NCBI GenBank assembly: GCA_002069765.1
Contig: MWBZ01000014.1
Location: 7,469 to 71,468, forward strand
Direction of reading: 5' to 3'
DNA: 64,000 nucleotides
Source of the DNA: a bacterium ADurb.Bin243
GTDB taxonomy: Bacteria > Muiribacteriota > UBA9980
In this document: positions 36,614 through 44,698 of the stretch, one piece after another
Numbering within the stretch: position 1 is the first letter of the stretch
Layout: each line of letters starts with the position of its first letter
Program-made: the position numbers and the translations under genes
Notes under the pieces: generated by a model
Told to the model about the DNA's origin: nothing
Seen by the model: the letters and a program-made list of their open reading frames with translations, nothing else
Database searches by the model: none

Positions 36614-36817
36614 ATGAGTACAAAGGAAAAAGAACCTCTTGAGTACAGTATTTCATCGACTTATAAGGTAAACGACGTGATTTACCATAAGGTATTCGAC
36701 GATGTAGGAACGGTTCTGGACATAGGCATAACCAAAGACAACGAGAAAAAAATGACGGTAAACTTTAAAAAAACCGGTAAAAAACGCCTTATAATGGGCG
36801 TAATAACTAAAAAATAA
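36614..36817 (+). CDS. Small (67 aa) basic protein with an SH3/Tudor-like signature
   Basis: AAGGGGAG RBS. YKVNDVIYHKVFDDVGTVLDI...MTVNFKKTGKKRL resembles the (F/Y)xxGDxVxHxxFGxGxV...V.F...G.K.L domain found at UvrD/PcrA C-termini and in DUF3553. Confidence 0.55.
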   Translation: MSTKEKEPLEYSISSTYKVNDVIYHKVFDDVGTVLDIGITKDNEKKMTVNFKKTGKKRLIMGVITKK

Positions 36818-36853
36818 CATCGAGATAAAGCGCGTCGTTTAAAGCGCCGATCA

Positions 36854-36884
36854 ATACCGCCCGGGCATAGCGTTCGGGCGGTAT
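36854..36884 (+). terminator. 10-bp GC-rich hairpin after the small ORF (possible weak terminator or processing site)
   Basis: ATACCGCCCG (36854-36863) / CGGGCGGTAT (36875-36884), 11-nt loop, followed by GCTCGTTTC. The track's ATG at 36883 lies inside the stem. Confidence 0.45.
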
Positions 36885-36954
36885 GCTCGTTTCAGGCGCC
36901 TGCGGCCGCAGCTCTTCGCGTTTCTTTCAATCTTTCAGGAGCCACTCAAAAATT

Positions 36955-37731
36955 ATGGATTTAAATAAAAAACTATTCACCTCGTCAGAAATAGAGCTTA
37001 TCACAGGCAGGCTGAAAAAAGCCGAAAAGCTCGGGCTTATTGTTCCTCTAACCGAAAACAATCAATATCTCATGTGCGCTTATGCCGGCACCGGGGCGAT
37101 AACGCCCAAGTGGAGCGTCAAAATATACGCCTACAGTAAAAATAAAAAAGGGCACTCGATGATCTGCACCGATACGGAAGTATTAAAATGCTTCATGGCA
37201 GATGATTTCAACTTCACCCCTCCCGAACTCAAGGTGCTTAAAATCGACGACGCCGGATGGGGCTTTCCGCTTTGCGGAGTGATGGTAGGAGTGACGGACG
37301 AAATAGAACTTTACACCGACGTCGTGCCGGTGGAATTCTTTCAGGGCGATAATTTCGCTTCGAAAAAATACCTCGACGAATACACCTGCCGCGGCAAAAA
37401 AATAATATTCGAAAAATTCAACGCCGCGCCCGGCACTCACAGAATTGAAATCTGCAGCGGATTCGTAAATAAAATGCTGCGCGACGAACTGCGCCTGCTT
37501 GGCTTTCACGTGCGCATAATCGACGTCACGGGAATGCTGCAGGACGAACTCGAAGAGCGGTTCCGCCTTTACGTGCGCTCGGAAATCTGCTCGGACATTT
37601 ATTACGATCCTAAAGAAGTCCGTAAAACAGCCCTTCCCCAAAAATTCAATGAAGTGCTCGAATTCGGAAAAAAGCATTTCCCTCAAAAATTAAAAACCGG
37701 CTGGCGCTCGATCGGCGAGTCTTTATCATAA
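36955..37731 (+). CDS. Hypothetical protein with distant RNase HII/HIII-like signatures
   Basis: Start moved to the ATG at 36955 (CAGGAG RBS at 36939-36944). KIDDAGWGFPLCGVMVGV compares with the RNase HII/HIII DEAGRGxxxGPxV box. GDNFASKKYL compares with the DSKxL box. The N-terminal SVKIYAYSKNKKGHSMIC compares with the RNase HIII N-domain ...Y.SGKVLFQG. Confidence 0.6.
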   Translation: MDLNKKLFTSSEIELITGRLKKAEKLGLIVPLTENNQYLMCAYAGTGAITPKWSVKIYAYSKNKKGHSMICTDTEVLKCFMADDFNFTPPELKVLKIDDAGWGFPLCGVMVGVTDEIELYTDVVPVEFFQGDNFASKKYLDEYTCRGKKIIFEKFNAAPGTHRIEICSGFVNKMLRDELRLLGFHVRIIDVTGMLQDELEERFRLYVRSEICSDIYYDPKEVRKTALPQKFNEVLEFGKKHFPQKLKTGWRSIGESLS

Positions 37732-37779
37732 AAATAGCATACTCGTGAGAAATTAAGAGAAAATATGTATAATTAAGCA

Positions 37780-37854
37780 TAACGTCAACATATTTGTTTA
37801 AAATCGATTAATAACGACAAATAATGTTTAAAATAACGTTTTAATGTTTGTATT
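37780..37854. repeat. Three imperfect direct repeats (21-25 nt) in a 510-bp AT-rich non-coding region
   Basis: R1 37780-37804 TAACGTCAACATATTTGTTTAAAAT. R2 37812-37834 TAACGACAAATAATGTTTAAAAT. R3 37834-37854 TAACGTTTTAATGTTTGTATT. Start-to-start spacing is 32 and 22 nt. Confidence 0.4.
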
Positions 37855-38241
37855 ATGCACGACATTAATATATAATATATTCAACTTAAAAATATTTTTC
37901 TTAAAAAAATTGCTTGACAATTCCAATACGAAACGCGTTTTTCCCGTCCACGCCTGAATATATTAAAAAATTGATATGCCTTTACGGCGGCGATAAAAAC
38001 AATTCGCGGCCGCGGAAAAAATGTTTTTTAGTTTTTGTAAAACGTAAAATCACCTTCAAAAAAAATTATGACTATTAAATTAGTTCAGCTGAAAATTGGG
38101 ATTTTGCTTGAAACATAAGCGATTTATTGCTCCAACACTAAAATTTATTTCAACATCACATAAATCAAAGGTATTTGGCTATAAAATTCTGAGCAAACTT
38201 AATAGTCATAAAAAAAATAAAATATAGGAGAGGTATAACAA

Positions 38242-39534
38242 ATGGCAAAAATGAAAGTATCCAAAAACAAAAAAAGAATGGAAAAGTATCTGGCGCCTTC
38301 GCTGGGCTGGGACGTAGAATTTACGGTCGAAAAAGCTGAAGGCTCTTATGTTACATGCGAATTCGGAAAAACCTATCTCGACTGGTCTTCCGGAACCGCC
38401 GTCAACATAACCGGCCACAGGCACCCTAAAGTCATGGACGCCGTAAAAAAACAGCTCGACAAACTTGTCCATTCCGGCTGCGTTTATCAATACGATTCAT
38501 TGTTAGACCTCTGCGAGCGCCTCGAAAAAGTCACTCCCGGCGATATCGGCATGTTCTTCTTCTCCAATTCCGGCGCTGAAGCCGTAGAAGGCTGCATGAA
38601 GGCCGCTAAATTCGTCACCGAAAGAAACGCCATAATCTCCTACCGCGGAGCTTTCCACGGCCGCACCATGGGCTGCGTATCCGTAACGACTTCCAATTCA
38701 AAGTACACCAAGCACTACACTCCGCTCGCCAGCATCTACCGCGCGCTTTACCCGCACTGCTACCGCTGCCCGCTCGGCCTCGAACTTAAAAGCTGCAACA
38801 TCGCGTGCTTCAAACAGTTCGAAGCCATAACCAAATATGAAGTCCCCAAAGAAGACGTAGCGGCAGTTCTTATCGAACCCGTACAGGGCGAAGGCGGATA
38901 CGTAGTTCCGCCAAAAGAATACATGCAGAAACTCCGCAAATGGTGCACAGATAACAAAGTGCTTCTTATATTCGACGAAGTGCAGTCCGGCGTAGCGCGC
39001 ACCGGCAAGTGGTTCGCAGCCGATCATTTCGGCGTAACTCCCGACCTCATGGCTATCGCTAAAGGCATCGCGTCGGGCTTTCCTTTATCGGCCGTAGCCG
39101 GCAAGCCCTCCGTCATGAAAAAATGGCTCCCCGGCGCTCATGGAACGACTTTCGGCGGAAGCCCGGTTTCCTGCGCGGCAGCCTGCGCCACCATAGACGT
39201 TATCGAAAAAGAAAAACTGCTCGCTAAATCCCTTAAAAATTCCGAAAAAATGATGAAACGCCTCAACGCGCTCAAAGACAAATATAAATTCATAGGCGAT
39301 ATCCGCGGCCTGGGCTACATGCTCGCAATAGAATTCGCCGACAAAAATAAAACACCCGACAAAGCTAAATGCGATGAATTCCTCGCAAAATGCCTCGAAA
39401 ACGGCCTTATAATGATAGGCTGCGGCGCAGACGGCAATATCGTAAGAATTCTTCCGCCCGTAACTTCGAGCGACAAAGAAATCGAAGAAGGCATGACTAT
39501 AATCGAAAACACCATGAAACAGATAGCGAAATAA
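38242..39534 (+). CDS. Class III PLP-dependent aminotransferase (acetylornithine/ornithine/GABA aminotransferase family)
   Basis: SGAEAVEG, FDEVQSGVARTGKWF, PDLMAIAKGIASGFPLSA (PLP lysine), THGTTFGGSP. AGGAGAGG RBS. Confidence 0.9.
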   Translation: MAKMKVSKNKKRMEKYLAPSLGWDVEFTVEKAEGSYVTCEFGKTYLDWSSGTAVNITGHRHPKVMDAVKKQLDKLVHSGCVYQYDSLLDLCERLEKVTPGDIGMFFFSNSGAEAVEGCMKAAKFVTERNAIISYRGAFHGRTMGCVSVTTSNSKYTKHYTPLASIYRALYPHCYRCPLGLELKSCNIACFKQFEAITKYEVPKEDVAAVLIEPVQGEGGYVVPPKEYMQKLRKWCTDNKVLLIFDEVQSGVARTGKWFAADHFGVTPDLMAIAKGIASGFPLSAVAGKPSVMKKWLPGAHGTTFGGSPVSCAAACATIDVIEKEKLLAKSLKNSEKMMKRLNALKDKYKFIGDIRGLGYMLAIEFADKNKTPDKAKCDEFLAKCLENGLIMIGCGADGNIVRILPPVTSSDKEIEEGMTIIENTMKQIAK

Positions 39535-39546
39535 GACAACAGGCTT

Positions 39547-39573
39547 TCAAGGCGCGTTTTTTACGCGCCTTGA
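39547..39573 (+). other. Intercistronic 10-bp stem-loop without a U-tail
   Basis: TCAAGGCGCG (39547-39556) / CGCGCCTTGA (39564-39573), loop TTTTTTA. Confidence 0.5.
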
Positions 39574-39647
39574 ACCTCAATAGGGCTTATAAAACAAACA
39601 ATATTCACACCAGGTAATATTTAATTAACGAAAGGATTGATTTCCAG

Positions 39648-41030
39648 ATGGCAAAAACAAGAGTAATTATCATGGGCGCGGCAGGCAGAGATTTCCACAA
39701 TTTCAACACTTTTTTCAGAAACAATGAAAGCTACGAAGTAGTAGCGTTCACCGCCACCCAGATTCCCGATATCGACGGCCGCAAATATCCCGCCGAACTC
39801 GCGGGCAAAAAACAGTATCCCAAAGGCATTCCCATATACGACGAAGGCGATTTAAACGAATTGATCAAAAAAGAAAAAATCGACATGGTCGTTTTCGCTT
39901 ATTCCGATATCATGCACGAAAACGTAATGCACAAAGCGTCGCTCGTTAACGCCGCCGGCGCGGATTTCATGCTTATGGGCGCCAACAGCACCATGATCAA
40001 AGCCAACGTTCCGGTCATTTCTATATGCGCCGCCCGCACAGGCTGCGGCAAATCGCAAACCACCAGAAGAGTGGCCAATATCCTTCAGGAAATGGGCAAA
40101 AAAGTCGTGGCAATACGCCATCCAATGCCTTACGGCGATTTAGTAAAACAGGAATGCATGAGGTTCGAAAAATACAGCGACCTCGATAAATACAAATGCA
40201 CGATCGAAGAACGCGAAGAATTCGAACCGCACATCAACCGCGGCATCGTGGTATATTGCGGCGTAGATTACGAAACCATAATCCGCCAGGCTGAAAAAGA
40301 AGCCGACGTTATATTATGGGACGGCGGCAACAACGACTTCCCGTTCTATCATTCCGATTGCGAAATAGTCGTCGTCGATCCTCTCCGCGCAGGCCACGAA
40401 GTAATGTACCATCCCGGCGAAACGAACGTAAGACGCGCCGACGTCATCGTCATCAATAAAATCGACTCCGCTTCTCCGGAAGAAGTCGAAGAAGTCCGCG
40501 AAAACGTTCGCGCGGTCAACCCCAACGCTATCATCATCGACGCTGCTTCACCGCTTACGGTAGATAACGCCGAACTCATCCGCAATAAATCCGCCCTCGT
40601 CATCGAAGACGGCCCGACGCTTACCCACGGCGAAATGCAGATAGGCGCAGGCGTAGTCGCCGCTATAAAATACGGCGCTCGCGAACAGGTAGACCCCCGT
40701 CCTTATACGGTCGGAACGATCACCGAAACTTTCAAAAAATATCCCGAAATCGGTTCGCTCCTTCCCGCTATGGGCTATTCCTCGAAACAGATAAAAGACC
40801 TCGAAACCACAATCAATAAAACGAAATGCGATGTAGTAATCATCGCTACTCCTATCGATCTCAGAAAGATCGTCAAAATAAATAAACCCGCCGTTCAGGT
40901 CGGATACGAGCTCCAGGAAATCGGAACACCCAATCTGGAAACGGTTTTACACAACCATCCCCTTCTGGGCTGCTCGAAAAGCGGCAAATGCGCTTCAAAA
41001 GCCAAAGACGCAAAGAGCAAAAAAAGATAG
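39648..41030 (+). CDS. COG2403-type predicted GTPase (cyclic 2,3-diphosphoglycerate synthetase-like family)
   Basis: RVIIMGAAGRDFHNFN N-terminal Rossmann-like segment, Walker A ARTGCGKSQTT, Walker B DVILWDGGNND, NKxD specificity box VINKID. The family name is from memory. Confidence 0.6.
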   Translation: MAKTRVIIMGAAGRDFHNFNTFFRNNESYEVVAFTATQIPDIDGRKYPAELAGKKQYPKGIPIYDEGDLNELIKKEKIDMVVFAYSDIMHENVMHKASLVNAAGADFMLMGANSTMIKANVPVISICAARTGCGKSQTTRRVANILQEMGKKVVAIRHPMPYGDLVKQECMRFEKYSDLDKYKCTIEEREEFEPHINRGIVVYCGVDYETIIRQAEKEADVILWDGGNNDFPFYHSDCEIVVVDPLRAGHEVMYHPGETNVRRADVIVINKIDSASPEEVEEVRENVRAVNPNAIIIDAASPLTVDNAELIRNKSALVIEDGPTLTHGEMQIGAGVVAAIKYGAREQVDPRPYTVGTITETFKKYPEIGSLLPAMGYSSKQIKDLETTINKTKCDVVIIATPIDLRKIVKINKPAVQVGYELQEIGTPNLETVLHNHPLLGCSKSGKCASKAKDAKSKKR

Positions 41031-41066
41031 CATACGGTTTTCATAAAACGCTAATTCAATAAAAAA

Positions 41067-41099
41067 ACGGCGCGGCGCTTTTTAAAGGCGTCGCGCCGT
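41067..41099. other. GC-rich hairpin that has a U-tail only on the minus strand
   Basis: ACGGCGCG...CGCGCCGT arms. Preceded on the plus strand by A7 (41060-66) and followed by AAAATAAAAGGAG, the RBS of argF. Confidence 0.5.
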
Positions 41100-41121
41100 A
41101 AAATAAAAGGAGTAATGAAAA

Positions 41122-42054
41122 ATGGCAGTTAACCTCAAAGGCAGAGACCTCTTATCGATGTTAGACCTTTCCACCGAAGAAATATACCAGATTCTCGACA
41201 CCGCCGCCAACCTCAAAATGAAACAATACACCGGCGAGCAGCACCACCTTTTAAAAGGCAAAACCCTCGGCATGATCTTCGAAAAATCATCCACGCGCAC
41301 GCGCGTTTCGTTCGAAACCGGCATATACCAGCTCGGCGGATACGGCCTCTTTTTGAGCTCGAACGACCTTCAGATAGGCCGCGGCGAACCGGTAAGCGAC
41401 ACGGCGTCCGTTCTCAGCCGCTACCTCGACGGCATAATGGCCCGCGTGTACAAACATCAGACCGTAGTCGATCTCGCAAAATACAGCCGCGTTCCGGTTA
41501 TAAACGGCCTTTGCGACTACGAGCACCCCTGCCAGATACTCGCCGATTTCCAGACGATCATGGAAAAGAAACGCAAGCTCGAAGGCCTCAAACTCACATA
41601 CGTAGGCGACGGCAACAACGTCTGCAACTCGCTGCTCTTCGGCTGCGCGCTTACCGGCATGCACATATCGGTAGCGTCGCCCAAAGGTTACGAGCCCGCT
41701 AAAGAAGTCGTCAAAAAAGCCCAGGAATGTGCCGCCAGATTCGGTTCCAGCGTCGAAGTCACCAACAGCGTAGAAAAAGCCGCCAAAGGCGCCGACGTAG
41801 TCTATACCGACGTATGGGCTTCGATGGGCCAGGAAAAAGAACAGCAGCTGCGCCTCAAAGCTTTCGAAGGCTTCCAGGTAAACGCTAAAAATATGAAAGG
41901 CGCCAAGGACGATTACATATTCCTGCACTGCCTTCCCGCGCACCGCGGCGAAGAAGTGTCGGCCGAAGTCATAGACGGCGTCCACTCGGTAATATACGAT
42001 GAAGCCGAAAACCGCCTCCACGCTCAAAAAGCGGTTATGGCTCTCGTCATGTAA
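41122..42054 (+). CDS. argF: Ornithine carbamoyltransferase
   Basis: STRTRVSFE, DYEHPCQILAD, GDGNNV, HCLPAHRGEE. AAGGAG RBS. Confidence 0.9.
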   Translation: MAVNLKGRDLLSMLDLSTEEIYQILDTAANLKMKQYTGEQHHLLKGKTLGMIFEKSSTRTRVSFETGIYQLGGYGLFLSSNDLQIGRGEPVSDTASVLSRYLDGIMARVYKHQTVVDLAKYSRVPVINGLCDYEHPCQILADFQTIMEKKRKLEGLKLTYVGDGNNVCNSLLFGCALTGMHISVASPKGYEPAKEVVKKAQECAARFGSSVEVTNSVEKAAKGADVVYTDVWASMGQEKEQQLRLKAFEGFQVNAKNMKGAKDDYIFLHCLPAHRGEEVSAEVIDGVHSVIYDEAENRLHAQKAVMALVM

Positions 42055-42092
42055 TTAAACCGGTTAAAAACAAGATATAAATCCTGAAAAAG

Positions 42093-42131
42093 CGGCCTTG
42101 CCGGATTATATTCTGGCAGGCCGTTTTTTTT
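42093..42131 (+). terminator. Intrinsic terminator after argF
   Basis: Stem CGGCC(T)TGCC / GGCAGGCCG followed by a T8 run (42124-42131). Confidence 0.8.
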
Positions 42132-42180
42132 ATTCAAAGCCGCATGAGTATAATTAATTTATAATAATTATTTCAATAAA

Positions 42181-42209
42181 TTGACAAGCGTTATTTTTTT
42201 TAGTAAAAT
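42181..42209 (+). promoter_or_regulatory. Sigma-70 promoter TTGACA-17-TAAAAT
   Basis: TTGACA 42181-42186, TAAAAT 42204-42209. Confidence 0.65.
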
Positions 42210-42293
42210 TGAGTTACCAGTTTGAAAATCCCTTCGTTTTTTAATATCATCACTGAAAAATACTATGAAATATATTATTATGGAGGTCGTTTT

Positions 42294-44579
42294 ATGAGAA
42301 AACTCAAAAAAATGGTTTTAATTTTCACTTTATTTTCCACCCTGGCTTTATTTGCCGGCATTTCGCTGGCGGCCGACGCGTCCGCGCCATCGGCAGACCA
42401 GGTTTTAAAAGCGCTTTTAAACGAGTACAAGGTTACGTTTTTCAAGCACAGAATGACATCTCTGGTTTTAAAAGATAAACAGATACAGGTCGAAATGGCC
42501 CAGAAACTCGCAGCGACCCCCGAAGGCGATTTCGGCCCTAAAGAAGTGGCGGTAGTAAGGGATTATTTAAGAAGCATTTCCACGTTTAAAAACGTAGATA
42601 CCAACCAATACCTCGGGGAAAAAATGCCCCTTCTGGTAAAAGGCCTTTTCAGCCGCATAAACGAAATATACACCCAGAAGCTCGAAGATTTAAGCGAAAA
42701 AATATCCACGCTCACCGTAATTTCGGCGCTCAAAAACGACTCTAAAACCCTCGACGCGCTGACCAATTACTTTAAAAGGCAGACCGGCGTTTCCGGCGCC
42801 GCTTTCGCGAGCCTCGCGGCCCAGATCAATAACGCCATAAAGTTCCAGATGAATTCAAAGCAGACCATGGCCACGAATTATTTCAAAGACATCGTTAAAA
42901 ATTTCGACGCTTTCGGAACCGCTTTCAAAAAAGTCGATTTGACGACTTTGGATTCCAGAAACATAGAAAAAATTAAAAAATACAGCCATAAAAAAATATG
43001 GAAAATAGTTTCGGCGGCCATCCTCGAAGAAATAGCCGACCTGCCTTCGGAAGTGGAAAGAATAGGCAAAATAGACGTAAATAAAGCTTCAGAATCGGAC
43101 CTTTTGAATATCCCCGGCGTTTCAAAAGAAATGGCCTCTAAAATAATCAATTTCAGAAACGAACGCGGCGGAGTTATAACGTCCGTGCACGAGCTGGACT
43201 CTATCAAAGGCATAGGCGCGAAAACAGTCCGCAAGCTTAAAACCGCCTTATACGCAAAAGATTTCGTAATGCCCGAAAAAGAATGGACCGTAATGTGCTT
43301 TATAAACGGCGACAATAATCTTGAAATGGCCTCGCTTCTGGGCATTAACGTAATGGAACGCGTCGGCTCCACAGAAAACATGAACGTCGTCGTACAGATA
43401 GACAGAATAGGCGTGGAGCAGTTCGGAAGCCCCGAAGAAGCTCAGTCTAACACCATGCTCGACGGCAACTGGTCGACCTGCCGCCGCTATTTCGTCCAGA
43501 AAGACAGCCGCCTTTTCGAGCTCAATTCCATACTGCTCGAAAAAATGGGCGAAGTAGATATGGGCGCATATAAAAATTTCGTCGAATTCTGCAAGTCCAC
43601 CATCACCCGCTTTCCCGCAAAACATTACGTAGTGCTCATATCCAACCACGGCTCCGAATTCGGCATAGGCGGAATTTCTTTCGACGACCAGTCGAAAAAC
43701 CACATGAGCACCATCCATATAGGCCAGGCTCTTTCCGAAGTGCGCGATTTCATTAAAAACCAGAACGGCAACGACCTTATAGACCTCATGGTTTTCGACT
43801 GCTGCCTGCTGGCGAAAATGGAAGTAGTAAAAGAAATAGCAGATTACGTCCACGGCGTTTACGCGTGCGAAAACGTCCAGATAAACTGGTACGCCTACGA
43901 CAACTTTCTCAGAACGCTCACCAGCAAACCCGATTTAAAAGGCAACGAGCTCGCGTTCGAATATCTTAAATCTTACGTAGATTACATGCGAGGCTGGGTA
44001 AAGCGCCAGGGCCTCGTAGATAAAATGGTCCTCACGTCTACCGCTTTCGATATGACTAAATTCAAAGCTTTCGAAGAAGCTTTCGTTAAATTTTCTTCTA
44101 AAATCAACGAATATTCCGACGTAAATCCCGAAGCCGTAGAAAAAGCTTTGAAGTCGGTTAAAAATTTATCCGACGTATCGGTTTTCGACCTTATCGATTT
44201 CGTTAAAAAAGTAAAAGCCGAAGCGAAAGACAATAAAGAAATGGTTAAATCCTGCGACGAGCTTTTGAAAGCCTACGGCGAACCCGTTAAAAAGCTCGAC
44301 CACAAAGAATTCCATTTCAGCGCCTTCAGCGATTCGAGCTTCGTGATGGGCGAAGCCCACAATTTTATAGAAGAAACCGGCAACGGCCTGTCCATAGGCA
44401 TATTCACCAAACCCACGTGGCTGACCATCGCGGCCGCTAAACCCGACTGGGGCCTCAACGAAACCAACGTAATGGGCTTTTTAAATAAATTCAAATCCGG
44501 CGATTATCCCAATCTTAAATTAAGCCAGGAAAGCGAATGGGACGAATTCATGATCAAAATGATAGACAAAAACAATTAA
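42294..44579 (+). CDS. Secreted protein: helical N-terminal region, ComEA-type helix-hairpin-helix DNA-binding module, clostripain-like (peptidase C11) domain
   Basis: Start moved to the ATG at 42294 (GGAGG at 42282-42286). Signal peptide MRKLKKMVLIFTLFSTLALFAGISLA. HhH module IDVNKASESDLLNIPGVSKEMASKIINFRNERGGVITSVHELDSIKGIGAKTVRKLK. C11 motifs WTVMCFINGDNNLE, VVQIDR, VLISNHGSEFG (His), LMVFDCCLLAKMEV (Cys). Confidence 0.8.
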   Translation: MRKLKKMVLIFTLFSTLALFAGISLAADASAPSADQVLKALLNEYKVTFFKHRMTSLVLKDKQIQVEMAQKLAATPEGDFGPKEVAVVRDYLRSISTFKNVDTNQYLGEKMPLLVKGLFSRINEIYTQKLEDLSEKISTLTVISALKNDSKTLDALTNYFKRQTGVSGAAFASLAAQINNAIKFQMNSKQTMATNYFKDIVKNFDAFGTAFKKVDLTTLDSRNIEKIKKYSHKKIWKIVSAAILEEIADLPSEVERIGKIDVNKASESDLLNIPGVSKEMASKIINFRNERGGVITSVHELDSIKGIGAKTVRKLKTALYAKDFVMPEKEWTVMCFINGDNNLEMASLLGINVMERVGSTENMNVVVQIDRIGVEQFGSPEEAQSNTMLDGNWSTCRRYFVQKDSRLFELNSILLEKMGEVDMGAYKNFVEFCKSTITRFPAKHYVVLISNHGSEFGIGGISFDDQSKNHMSTIHIGQALSEVRDFIKNQNGNDLIDLMVFDCCLLAKMEVVKEIADYVHGVYACENVQINWYAYDNFLRTLTSKPDLKGNELAFEYLKSYVDYMRGWVKRQGLVDKMVLTSTAFDMTKFKAFEEAFVKFSSKINEYSDVNPEAVEKALKSVKNLSDVSVFDLIDFVKKVKAEAKDNKEMVKSCDELLKAYGEPVKKLDHKEFHFSAFSDSSFVMGEAHNFIEETGNGLSIGIFTKPTWLTIAAAKPDWGLNETNVMGFLNKFKSGDYPNLKLSQESEWDEFMIKMIDKNN

Positions 44580-44613
44580 TCGCTTTTTCGGCTCCGTAAA
44601 ATAACCATAAAAT

Positions 44614-44653
44614 AAAAAAGGCTTTTTGAAACGATTTTCAAAAAGCTTTTTTT
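44614..44653. terminator. Bidirectional intrinsic terminator between convergent genes
   Basis: A-run, 11-bp stem GCTTTTTGAAA (44621-31) / TTTCAAAAAGC (44636-46), then T7. Confidence 0.75.
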
Positions 44654-44698
44654 ATTTATTTAAGCGCCCAAAACGCCGAAGCCGGGTGCCGCTCGATA

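Noticed and set aside
36883-36954. The track's upstream start (ATG 36883) for the 282-aa ORF.
   Set aside because: That ATG sits inside the right arm of a 10-bp GC hairpin following the preceding gene and has no RBS. The ATG at 36955 is preceded by CAGGAG at proper spacing.
38068-38118. A 16-codon upstream ORF (MTIKLVQLKIGILLET) in the AT-rich gap, considered as a possible attenuation leader peptide for the arg-related genes.
   Set aside because: It has no Shine-Dalgarno motif, no run of Arg or other regulatory codons, and no adjacent alternative terminator/antiterminator hairpins.
41287-42027. 246-aa ORF antisense to argF. Similar long antisense ORFs occur at 43248..43853, 25211..25900, 37183..37686, 49271..50083, 17265..17876 and 32306..32824.
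   Set aside because: Each lies fully inside, or opposite to, a gene with strong family motifs. All have skewed low-complexity composition and no RBS. These are typical shadow frames.
42222-42293. The TTG-initiated N-terminal extension (MKIPSFFNIITEKYYEIYYYGGRF) of the protease ORF.
   Set aside because: It would start about 6 nt after the predicted TSS and has no RBS. The ATG at 42294 has a GGAGG site and begins a canonical signal peptide.
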